A DNA stretch of 64,000 nt from Parcubacteria group bacterium Gr01-1014_3 (GTDB taxonomy: Bacteria > Patescibacteriota > Minisyncoccia > UBA6257 > WO2-44-18): the NCBI GenBank assembly GCA_007376445.1, contig VMGF01000001.1, positions 114,875 to 178,874 of the forward strand. The letters run 5' to 3'. Positions within the stretch are counted from its first letter, which is position 1. Each line of letters begins with the position of its first letter. Position numbers and translations under genes: made by a program. Positions 48,995 through 57,800 of this stretch are shown one piece after another. Under the pieces are notes generated by a model. It was not told the DNA's origin and did not search any database. It saw nothing but the letters and a program-made list of their open reading frames with translations.

Positions 48995-49519
48995 ATGTCA
49001 ATTCAGCTAATCCCTCGCGATCCGCTTGAAAAGTCCGATGTTCTTGTTGTGCTGACCGGCAACGGCTTTGAACGTACCGATCATGCGGTTAAGCTCTTTA
49101 AGGCTGGCTGGGCGCCATTATTGCTGATGGTCGGTTCAACTGGTAGTCGCCCCCCAAAAGAAATGGCTGCCTACGCGGTTCAAAACGGCGTTCCGGAAAA
49201 TTGCATCCGGTTTGAAAGCCAATCTTCCAACACCCGTCAGAATGCCGACAATGTCCTGAAAATAGCCACCGACAACTCCTGGATGAGAATTATTTTAATA
49301 ACTTCACCCCATCATCAACTGCGCGCCCACTTATCTTTCCGGATGGCCAACCAAAAACTTGGAGGCCGGATTAAAATCATAAACCACCCGCCTGCTGAAT
49401 ATAGTTGGTTTGATCTCGTGGAAAGTTCCCGTGGAAAGGACAAAAAAGTTCTAAGATTTTTCTATATTTTTAGCGAACTATTTAGAATTCTTAAATATAG
49501 AATCAAGGGTGACCTCTAA
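48995..49519 (+). CDS. DUF218 (YdcF/SanA/ElyC-like) domain protein, 174 aa
   Basis: VLVVLTGNGFERTDHAVKLFKAGWAPLLLMVGSTG...ESQSSNTRQNA matches the DUF218 core. Confidence 0.55.
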   Translation: MSIQLIPRDPLEKSDVLVVLTGNGFERTDHAVKLFKAGWAPLLLMVGSTGSRPPKEMAAYAVQNGVPENCIRFESQSSNTRQNADNVLKIATDNSWMRIILITSPHHQLRAHLSFRMANQKLGGRIKIINHPPAEYSWFDLVESSRGKDKKVLRFFYIFSELFRILKYRIKGDL

Positions 49520-50641
49520 CGAAGCCTGGTAGTCCCGCAAATACTCCGCTTTGGTGCGGAAATGATCGGCGGTCGTGATTCCTTGGCTGCTGAATGCGTT
49601 ATGCTCTGTCGGATTCATGCCGATGAACTGATTTATCCTATCCGCCAAAGCCTTCCAATCTCCAACTGGCACCACGAACCCATTTTGGCCATTTATCACG
49701 AATTCATTAGCCGGCGCTACGTCAGTCATGATTACCGGTAAGCCATTTGCCATTGCCTCAATAGGAGATCTTGCGCCGCCTTCATAATTAGAAGTTAATA
49801 CGAACAAGTCAGCCGTTTTGTAATAAGAAATAATATCATTGGTCCAGGGCTCAAATATGACATTGTCGGCTAATCGATTTTTTTCAATAAGAGCTTTGAG
49901 TTTTTTTTCTTCCGGTCCGCCGCCAACAATTAATAACAAAGACCCGGGGTTTCTTTTCATGACTTCGGCCATCGCGCGTATTGCTAAGCCAATATTCTTC
50001 TCGGTGCTTAACCGAGAAGCTGCCAAAATAATAAAATCGTGATTGGAATATTTTTTGCGCAGATTAGTTTTAATAGGATAATGCTTGACCGAATCAAGAT
50101 CAAAGATAATTGGCAAAACAACAATCTTAGCGGCGGGAACATCTAAAATGTTTACCAATGAGCGCTTAACTCTTTCGCTAACAACGCGAATCCCGTCCGC
50201 TTTTTTGATAAGCCATTTTCCCAACAAAACTCTAGCTTTATTTTTAAATGACTCCTTCCAAAAATAGGGGCTGAGAAAATCGCTGTGACTCTGAATTTGG
50301 AAGGACAATCGAAATTTTATTTTTAAAAAATAACTCACCAGGGCAGTTTCAAACGGATCCTGAGAGCTTATGACCGCATTATCAACTAGAAACTGAGAGT
50401 TACGGATGATTTTCTTGCCAATCAAATAAGCGTCAATAAAATATAATGGTTTGAATTGAGTGTTGGTCGGATGCGCAAAAACATTTTTACTCAGCTCTTG
50501 ATCATGCATTCCCAATTTCTTATGGGTGTAAACGATTATATGTAGTTCATTAAACAATTTTCCATATTCAATCATCCTCTCCCATGTTGGAGAATTTTTT
50601 ATGAAGACATTCTGATCCGTTGAGAGCATTAAAATTTTCAT
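49478..50641 (-). CDS. GT4 glycosyltransferase, 387 aa
   Basis: EGGARSPIEAMANGLPVIMTDVAPANEFV GT4 motif. Confidence 0.8.
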   Translation of the reverse strand: MKILMLSTDQNVFIKNSPTWERMIEYGKLFNELHIIVYTHKKLGMHDQELSKNVFAHPTNTQFKPLYFIDAYLIGKKIIRNSQFLVDNAVISSQDPFETALVSYFLKIKFRLSFQIQSHSDFLSPYFWKESFKNKARVLLGKWLIKKADGIRVVSERVKRSLVNILDVPAAKIVVLPIIFDLDSVKHYPIKTNLRKKYSNHDFIILAASRLSTEKNIGLAIRAMAEVMKRNPGSLLLIVGGGPEEKKLKALIEKNRLADNVIFEPWTNDIISYYKTADLFVLTSNYEGGARSPIEAMANGLPVIMTDVAPANEFVINGQNGFVVPVGDWKALADRINQFIGMNPTEHNAFSSQGITTADHFRTKAEYLRDYQASLEVTLDSIFKNSK

Positions 50642-52863
50642 AGCGTTGATAGAAGTTGAGCTACTTGATTGATCGTATTTTCGATTGAGAATTGTTTAAC
50701 TTTTTCCTTGGCGTTTTTCGTAATCATCCCGCGAAATTCCGGATCACTATCAATCTTATGAATTGCCGCCAGAATCTCTTGTTTGTTATTCGGCTCAACC
50801 AAAATACCCTCTTTATTATTCTCCACGATTTCTGATAAATTGCCGATATTCGTGGTAATAACCGGCGCGCCAACATGCATCGCCTCAACTAACTGGAATG
50901 AGAAGCTTTCGAATGAAGTATTCAAAATAAAAATACCGGACTGCGCCAGTCGCCTTAACAACTCTTCCCTGGGAATCTGACCACTCAACAAAACCCTGCC
51001 TTGTAACTTTAAACTTTCAACTTTTAACTTAAGGGTTTCACTCTCGGGGCCATCGCCAATAATCTCAAGGCGCCAATCTGGTAATTCTTTCATGATTTCA
51101 ATTAGCACATCAAATCCTTTCCATGGCACCAGGCGACCGGCCGAGATAATAATCTTAGAGCGCTTAGCGCTTAGCGTGTTAGGATATAGGGGCTTTAAAT
51201 CAATTCCGTTATAAATTGCCCGGACTTTTTCCGGATGTTTGATCCAACCGCCAACCAGTTTCTGAAAATACTTGCTGGGTGTAATAACCGCATCGGCATT
51301 TCTTACGACAAACTTTTGAATCGCTCGCATCAATTCGACTCGCCAGCCATGTTTTTTGCTTTGAAATTCATCAATGCCGTCTTTTACGCCAAAACGCTGA
51401 ACGGACTGCTCCCAGACATAGTCACCCGGCACCCGAAGGACAAAGGGACGACCGAGAAGCTTCGCCGCTAAAAGCGCCGGCAGGCCAACGCTAATCGTAT
51501 CTTGGGCGAAAACAATATCCGCCTTCCTTGCCCTGCGAAGCGCCTTAAAAAAATACAACAAGTGCCTAACTCCCGGCGGCCAGCCACGCACGAGGCGGAA
51601 CGGTAAAACCGCTACCCCAAATCCTCGTTTCGGTAATTCTCGCTCCAGCAAAACGGCATAGGTGGCCGGCCCGCCGATTTCCGGCGGATAAATACCGGTA
51701 GCCAGAAGGACACGAATCATGAATCTAGAATCGTGAATCATGGAACGAAAAATTTTGTCCATCTTCTGAGAAATTAAATCCCATGAATAGTTGGCCAAAA
51801 TCAACTTTCGCCCATTTTCCGCAAGCCGCTCGCGGAGCTTCTGGTCATTTATCAGCTCGCTGATTTTTTTAGCCAGATCTTCCGAATCTTCTGAATTACA
51901 GATCAAGCCGGTTTCATTATGTTTCAAAAAATCTACGATACCCCCGACCGGTGTTCCAATAACCGGCAAGCCAGCCGCCATGGCTTCCAAGAAGGAGTTG
52001 CCCAATCCTTCCGAGCGTGATGCCCTGACAAAAATCTCCGCGAATCCTAAATATTGAGGAATCTTATCCGCAGAAACTTGCCCTAAGAAGCTCACTCGTG
52101 AGTTAACCCCCATATCATGGGCTAACTTTTCCAACGATGCTCGATCTGGTCCATCGCCTAAAATTTGTAAAGAATAATCTTGATTCTTCAGCCTTGCGAA
52201 TGCGCTAATTAAAATATCGACTCCATTCTTATGGACTAACCGTGAAGTAGTTATTATTATTTTATCGTTATTCTTGATTCTTGATTCTTGATTCTTGATT
52301 CTTGCCAGGTCGACTCCATTCGGCACTACCTCGATCGGGCAGATCGCCCCATGGCGGCGCGCGAAGTCGGCCAAATATCCGCTAATAGCTTGAATATAGT
52401 CCGCTTTTTTAAAGATCAATCTCCAGAGCGGATAAAATAAACCGACGCGGGATAGAATATGCCTCTCGCTATCACCCTCCTGAAGAGTAAGTAACATCGG
52501 TATTGATGGATGACGCAGTTTAAAGAAAAGAGCGGCCAACCCGCCATAAGATGCCATCATTGCCCAAATAGCCTCAAATTTATTCTTCTGATGTTCGCGC
52601 TCAGCCGCCCGCCAAGCGCGAAAAATGTAGGTCAGCTTTTCCCAAAAACGTCCATAGTAATCGGCCGTAGTTTTTGCCGAATTGCCGGTTCCTAGTCGAA
52701 CAACTTTAGTATTTTTTGTTTCGGAGGTAGCTGGCCAGGAATCGTCGAACTTGTGGGTAAAGATCGTAAAGTGATCGTTAGATTGGCTAACAATCTCCTT
52801 AAGCGCTATTTCGGCTCCTCCTGAAAATGGATCATAGGCCAGGCTAAAGACGGCAAGTTTCAT
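50638..52863 (-). CDS. Tandem GT4-GT4 fusion glycosyltransferase, 741 aa
   Basis: Two GT-B units. The first begins MKLAVFSLAYDPFSGGAEIAL and ends EGLGNSFLEAMAAGLPVIGTPVGG. The second begins IRVLLATGIYPPEIGGPATY and ends ESFSFQLVEAMHVGAPVITTNIGN. Confidence 0.8.
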   Translation of the reverse strand: MKLAVFSLAYDPFSGGAEIALKEIVSQSNDHFTIFTHKFDDSWPATSETKNTKVVRLGTGNSAKTTADYYGRFWEKLTYIFRAWRAAEREHQKNKFEAIWAMMASYGGLAALFFKLRHPSIPMLLTLQEGDSERHILSRVGLFYPLWRLIFKKADYIQAISGYLADFARRHGAICPIEVVPNGVDLARIKNQESRIKNNDKIIITTSRLVHKNGVDILISAFARLKNQDYSLQILGDGPDRASLEKLAHDMGVNSRVSFLGQVSADKIPQYLGFAEIFVRASRSEGLGNSFLEAMAAGLPVIGTPVGGIVDFLKHNETGLICNSEDSEDLAKKISELINDQKLRERLAENGRKLILANYSWDLISQKMDKIFRSMIHDSRFMIRVLLATGIYPPEIGGPATYAVLLERELPKRGFGVAVLPFRLVRGWPPGVRHLLYFFKALRRARKADIVFAQDTISVGLPALLAAKLLGRPFVLRVPGDYVWEQSVQRFGVKDGIDEFQSKKHGWRVELMRAIQKFVVRNADAVITPSKYFQKLVGGWIKHPEKVRAIYNGIDLKPLYPNTLSAKRSKIIISAGRLVPWKGFDVLIEIMKELPDWRLEIIGDGPESETLKLKVESLKLQGRVLLSGQIPREELLRRLAQSGIFILNTSFESFSFQLVEAMHVGAPVITTNIGNLSEIVENNKEGILVEPNNKQEILAAIHKIDSDPEFRGMITKNAKEKVKQFSIENTINQVAQLLSTL
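52280..52314. repeat. Perfect heptanucleotide tandem repeat (ATTCTTG)x5 inside the tandem GT4 gene
   Basis: Direct reading: attcttg x5 (35 nt), preceded by (TTA)x3. On the coding strand it encodes ARIKNQESRIKNN, in the interdomain linker just before the C-terminal Rossmann domain (IITTSRL). Confidence 0.85.
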
Positions 52864-52910
52864 ATGTTATAAAACCAGCATAACAAATCTATGGTTACAT
52901 TATTATACAA

Positions 52911-54068
52911 ATGAAGATCCTGTATCTGGTTACCAAAGACGACGTGGGTGGCGCTCAAAAGTATGTTTCCGATCTCGCTGATTATATGGCTAAGGCCGGC
53001 CATGAAGTTTCAATCATAGCCGGTGGCAAAGGTGGAGTCAGGTTTCTTTCTAATAGGTTAATGCCCTATATCTTGTTCGTTAATGATTGGCTAGCCATAG
53101 CCGAAATCGCTCTGTTATTTCTTAAGAAAAAGCCGGATGTAATCCATTTAAATAGCTCGAAGACCGGAATCGTTGGAACGTTCGGGGCTCTCCTTTATAA
53201 TTGTCTTAGAAAATTGACCGGGCAAAGCACTGCTAAAGTTATCTTCACGGCGCATGGCTGGGTCTTCAATCCAAGTAATCATCTTGGAACGTTGCGAAGG
53301 AAAATATATGTGCTTATTCACCGCCTGACTTCGCCGTTTCAAAATATGATAATCAGCGTGTCCGAATTTGATCGAGCCCTAGCAATAGAAAATAAAATCG
53401 CTCAAGAAAATAAGCTGGTAACCATTCATAACGGCCTAGACTATAATAAACTAACCTTTCTCGACCGGTCGGGGGCAAGAAAGACGCTGGTACGCCTGGC
53501 ATCTTTACCACAGGAAATTTTACAGAATAACGACACCTGGGTCGGTTCTATTGGCCGGTTGGTTCTAGAAAAAAACTATCTGGACTTCGTCGAAGCCGCG
53601 GCCTTAGTGAAAAACTCCCAGGTCCGTTATTTCATAATCGGAAGCGGCGAGGATTTTAATAAATTAACGAACCGCATCATTAAACTTGGGTTGCAAAATA
53701 AGTTTTTTCTAATTCCCCAGCTCTCGCCTGCCGCCAACTTCTTGAAGGCTTTCGATATTTTTTTGCTGTCCTCGATCAAGGAAGGATTTCCATATAGCCT
53801 CCTCGAAGCAATGAGCGCCGAACTGCCGGTAATTGCCACACGAGTAGGCGGCATACCTGAAATGCTGGCTACAAACAATAAAGAAACCTGCGGCCTGGTA
53901 ATGCCGCCCAAGGAGCCGGCCGAATTAGCTAGAGCTATAAGCTATCTTATAGACAATAAAGAGATTGCAGTCGACATGGGTAAAAAAGCCGCTCTCAAAG
54001 CAAGGGGTGAGCTAAATATAGCCCAAATGGGGTCTAAAACACTTCGGGTTTATTCAGAAAGTCGTTGA
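52911..54068 (+). CDS. GT4 glycosyltransferase, 385 aa
   Basis: EGFPYSLLEAMSAELPVIATRVGGIPEML GT4 motif. Confidence 0.8.
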   Translation: MKILYLVTKDDVGGAQKYVSDLADYMAKAGHEVSIIAGGKGGVRFLSNRLMPYILFVNDWLAIAEIALLFLKKKPDVIHLNSSKTGIVGTFGALLYNCLRKLTGQSTAKVIFTAHGWVFNPSNHLGTLRRKIYVLIHRLTSPFQNMIISVSEFDRALAIENKIAQENKLVTIHNGLDYNKLTFLDRSGARKTLVRLASLPQEILQNNDTWVGSIGRLVLEKNYLDFVEAAALVKNSQVRYFIIGSGEDFNKLTNRIIKLGLQNKFFLIPQLSPAANFLKAFDIFLLSSIKEGFPYSLLEAMSAELPVIATRVGGIPEMLATNNKETCGLVMPPKEPAELARAISYLIDNKEIAVDMGKKAALKARGELNIAQMGSKTLRVYSESR

Positions 54069-54754
54069 ATCTCTACCATCAAGGACGAATCGTTGGGATT
54101 TAATTCCAAGGCCTTTTTATAAAACTCTATCGCCTTATCCTTGAAACCGAAATCTTTGTAATAATTCGCAATCGAATTTAGACCACCATAGGCATTCTGG
54201 CTGTCTATACTGATGGCCGTAAGAAAATTCGATTCGGCTTTCTGTGGTTCCTTCAAATAATACCCATAAAGGTTGGCCAGGTTTAAGTAGGTCAATGGCT
54301 GATTCGGGGCCACTATTTTTGCGTATTCCCAGGCATCGCGAGCGCCAATAAAATTATTAAAAAACTTTTTAAAATTACCCAGCGCCATCCAGCTATTAAA
54401 ATCATTTGAATCCTCAGATAGGGATGCGGACAAATGGGTCAACTGCACTCTTTTGATCGCAATCGCGCTAGCTGGCAACTGTGAAATCATCGGATCATCG
54501 CCAATCATGTTAATAATCTGGCCAGTATACTTTGGTAATTTAACTATCGGCTTGTCCTGAGCTTGTCGAACGGGATGTTCGCTGTTAGTTGTTATTTTTG
54601 GGTTACCAGTAGTCGAAGCAGTGACGGCCACCTCTGAAGCTTTCTCCTTCTCGGCCGCCAACTCTATCTTATGGCCAGAAAACCAAAAATAAAAGCCTGA
54701 TATGCCGACAAGGGCCACCCATATTAAAAATCCTATTCCCAGTACTTTTTTCAT
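54050..54754 (-). CDS. Membrane-anchored TPR-repeat protein, 234 aa
   Basis: N-terminal TM helix (VLGIGFLIWVALVGISGFYFWF). C-terminal TPR-like repeats (AISIDSQNAYGGLNSIANYYKDFGFKDKAIEFYKKALELNPND). Confidence 0.6.
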   Translation of the reverse strand: MKKVLGIGFLIWVALVGISGFYFWFSGHKIELAAEKEKASEVAVTASTTGNPKITTNSEHPVRQAQDKPIVKLPKYTGQIINMIGDDPMISQLPASAIAIKRVQLTHLSASLSEDSNDFNSWMALGNFKKFFNNFIGARDAWEYAKIVAPNQPLTYLNLANLYGYYLKEPQKAESNFLTAISIDSQNAYGGLNSIANYYKDFGFKDKAIEFYKKALELNPNDSSLMVEIQRLSE

Positions 54755-54777
54755 ATGCCCATTCTATCAAATTTTGC

Positions 54778-54813
54778 TTTAAAAACAATACACCCCGCTT
54801 GCGCGGGGTGTAT
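54778..54813 (-). terminator. Rho-independent terminator after the giant surface protein gene
   Basis: atacaccccgc-ttgc-gcggggtgtat hairpin followed on the minus strand by TGTTTTT. Confidence 0.65.
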
Positions 54814-54846
54814 TGCCTCTATACTAACAGGTCTCTCAAGAACCTA

Positions 54847-57800
54847 TTAGAAAGTGAGAACTTCAGCTGAGGTCGAAACGGACGGAACGCCAGGCAGTAA
54901 GAATCCAGTGAACCAGTCATCGGATGCAATACCTTGCGTGGAGTTTGTCGCGTTGTCGGACCAGATAAAGTTGTCGTCATCACCCGCTACGATGGTAGCT
55001 TCAGTGGTAGCCGTGAAGGTACCAGCTGACACCGCGTCAATTAAGGCAGCGGTAGCAGTGAACCGACCAGCTTGAGCCTGACCAACGTTAGGTGATGGAG
55101 AGTAGTCGCAAGCGGAAACAACGTTTTCGCTCGCAGCCACGTCGCAATGAACCGCGTTCCAGCCCGCATCACCAAGAATCTTGGTCGAGATGTTTGGGGT
55201 GCTAGAAGCGCCGGTTACATCAGCTTTCAATTCAAACCAGCGAGTTTCGCCAGCTGAAATACGGATGGCCTCAGCAGTCGCGCCGCTAGAAGCGGTCGGA
55301 TTGAAGAGAACCGCAACATCAACATCTGGATCGGCGTTGGAAACGACGTCCTCGAAATCAACGTTGGTACCATCGGCAATTGCCAAACCGAATTGGTTCA
55401 ACAAACCGCTGGAATTACCGCAAGAACCTTGGCTGAATCCAGCATCGGAGTAGCAGTAGAGCCTCAAGTTCGTAACTCGGAACACACCGGCGTCCTCAGT
55501 TTCGTAATTGGTGACAGCGGTGGTCGAGGTAGAAACATTGAAGGTCATCTTATACAGGCTTACACCATTGGTACCGGCCGGAGCGTCTATCTTAAAGCGA
55601 TAGAGAGTCTGGTCAGAGGTATTGGTGAACTTGCCGGAAGTCGCGAGCTTGGAAAGGGTCGGCATCGCCTTGACGATCCTAGCGCCGTTGGAAGCCGTAT
55701 CGACTCCAGCAGTGTAGACAGTCGTACCGGACGAAATACCAATCGCTTTACCACCCTGCGCGCCCTCATTCGCGTCATCGTCTGGAGCATCACCCCAAGC
55801 GGCGTTGTAGTCAACATTGATTAAGTGACCAGGAACGGCCTGAGACAAAGTCGTATTCATCGGAGAAATATCGGCCTTGATGGTCAATAACTTCTGGCCA
55901 TCCTTCGGAATAACGAAGTTAGACAAAGTGGCAGTCGCGTAATCACCGGTAAAGGTTACTTCACCGACTTTCGTCGCGCCATCCCACAGAGTGACTTTCG
56001 TCAAATCAGACGGAGAGTTGGAAGCATTGGCCTGATCATTAGCGGCAGACGTAGTAGCTAACTGAAGACCCAACAGATCAAGGCGAACATCTTCATAAGA
56101 AGCGTTGAACCTCAATACAGACAAGGTCTGATCAGTCGCGCCAGCCTGAATCAACTTCAATGACGGACTCGAAGAATCAAGAGCAAGGGTCAGAGTACCA
56201 CCGGTCTGGGCAACGATCGTGCGGCCGAGGTCAGTGGTAACAGTCTCTGCAACTGAAGTACCGGAGGTAACACCGGTTACAACAGCTTGGTTAGCCGCGG
56301 TCGTAAGACCACCAGCTCCCCAACCTACATACTCTACGGTTCCACCAGCAGTCAGGTTACAAACCAAGGCCAACGTCTTAGCGGTCCCTTTAGGAACTAC
56401 CAAGCTGGTGTCGAAGGTGAAGGTTTTATCCACACCCGCGGCATCATCGTTAGACGGATTGACGATGTTCGTACCAGTATTCAAGGCAGTAGCGCCATCT
56501 TTCAGCTGACAGTTGGTTAACTCATCAGCAGTGTTCGCTGGGTATGAAGTGGTCAGATCAAGCTGCATCGAAGTGATGCGGAGATCTTCGCCAGACTCGC
56601 TGGCATCCAAAATATACTTGGCAAACTGATAAGCACCAGTACCCTTTACAACGTTCTGGTTCGGACTGGAAGAAGCGGTGTCGGTTGAAATAGTTAACAC
56701 CAACGCTCCAGTCTTAATGGTCATTGTGCTCAACGTAACCGTACCGCCAGAAGGAGTAATGGTCTGAGAAGAATTAGTTCCCTTGACCGTAGTCCAATCG
56801 GAAGACGGAGTCGTAGAAGCGGCAAACTGGTCATTCTGGGCAAAATCAGTGCCAATCTTACCTTTTAAGGTGTAAGTGTGGCGACCAACTTTAAAGGTAA
56901 CGGTATCGGAGAAGCGGAAGGCATTATTGCCACCAACTTGACCATCAACCGGACCAGCTACAACCTTACCATTTTCATCAACCAACGTTACGTTGGTCAA
57001 ATCATTGGAATCGATCGTACCACCAGTACCAGCAGCTTCAATCGTAGACGCGTCGAAGTTCATAGCGGCAACCGTCACGTCTTCACCCTTTACATCGGCA
57101 ACGAAACCACCGAGTACCTGGTCAGCCAAGTTCTCCGCGATATTCTGAGAGCCGACGGAAGTGGCTTTCTCAACGGACAAGCTACCTGCGCCAATTGTTA
57201 CTTCATAAGCATCATAGTTCGGCTGGGTGTTTTGCAACGTACCATCATCATCCGTGGATGAATCCGCAGAATCAGTGGCAGTCGGCAAGACATCATAACC
57301 ATAGGTCATACCAGTCGCCTTAATATCGGCATAGCGATACAAGTCGAAGTCAACGCCACGGTTAGAACCGCTTAATACATCGCCTTTGATGTAAACCTCC
57401 TTATTAAGACCCTTGGCAATAGTAATACCAGTGCCAAAGATAGCGGTGTAATACTTACCATCCGTACTAACGGTGGTGTCATACATAACGCCATCCAAAT
57501 AAGTCTTAAGGTTACCCAAATCAGAAGCAGCCGCGGAACCACCTTGATTCCAACGAATGGATTTAACCAAGATGTCTTCGTTAGCGCCAGCGGTAAGCTT
57601 CAAGCCAGCAAAGATGTAGCCAGCGGTGCCAATTTCCTTAGTTGCAGCGGTACCTGGATCCAAAGCACCACGCTCCAAGGTCATGCTACCAATGGTAAGC
57701 GTGCTGTTTACGGTCATATAGTTACCGACTAACGGGAAACCAGCGTTAACATTCGCTGAACCTGCATCGACGCCAACCAAGCTTAAGCTGACTAACTGAC

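Noticed and set aside
48067-49029. 320-aa plus-strand ORF from the six-frame track
   Set aside because: It lies entirely antisense to a well-supported SDR epimerase gene (48049..48933, GxxGxxG and YxxxK motifs). The sequence is low-complexity and R/L/N-rich with no motif, a typical shadow ORF.
54854-57261. Several 70-140-aa plus-strand ORFs inside the giant surface protein gene
   Set aside because: They are antisense to a continuous 1254-aa ORF with a signal peptide and PG-binding domain; the low-complexity GC-skewed sequence generates long shadow frames.
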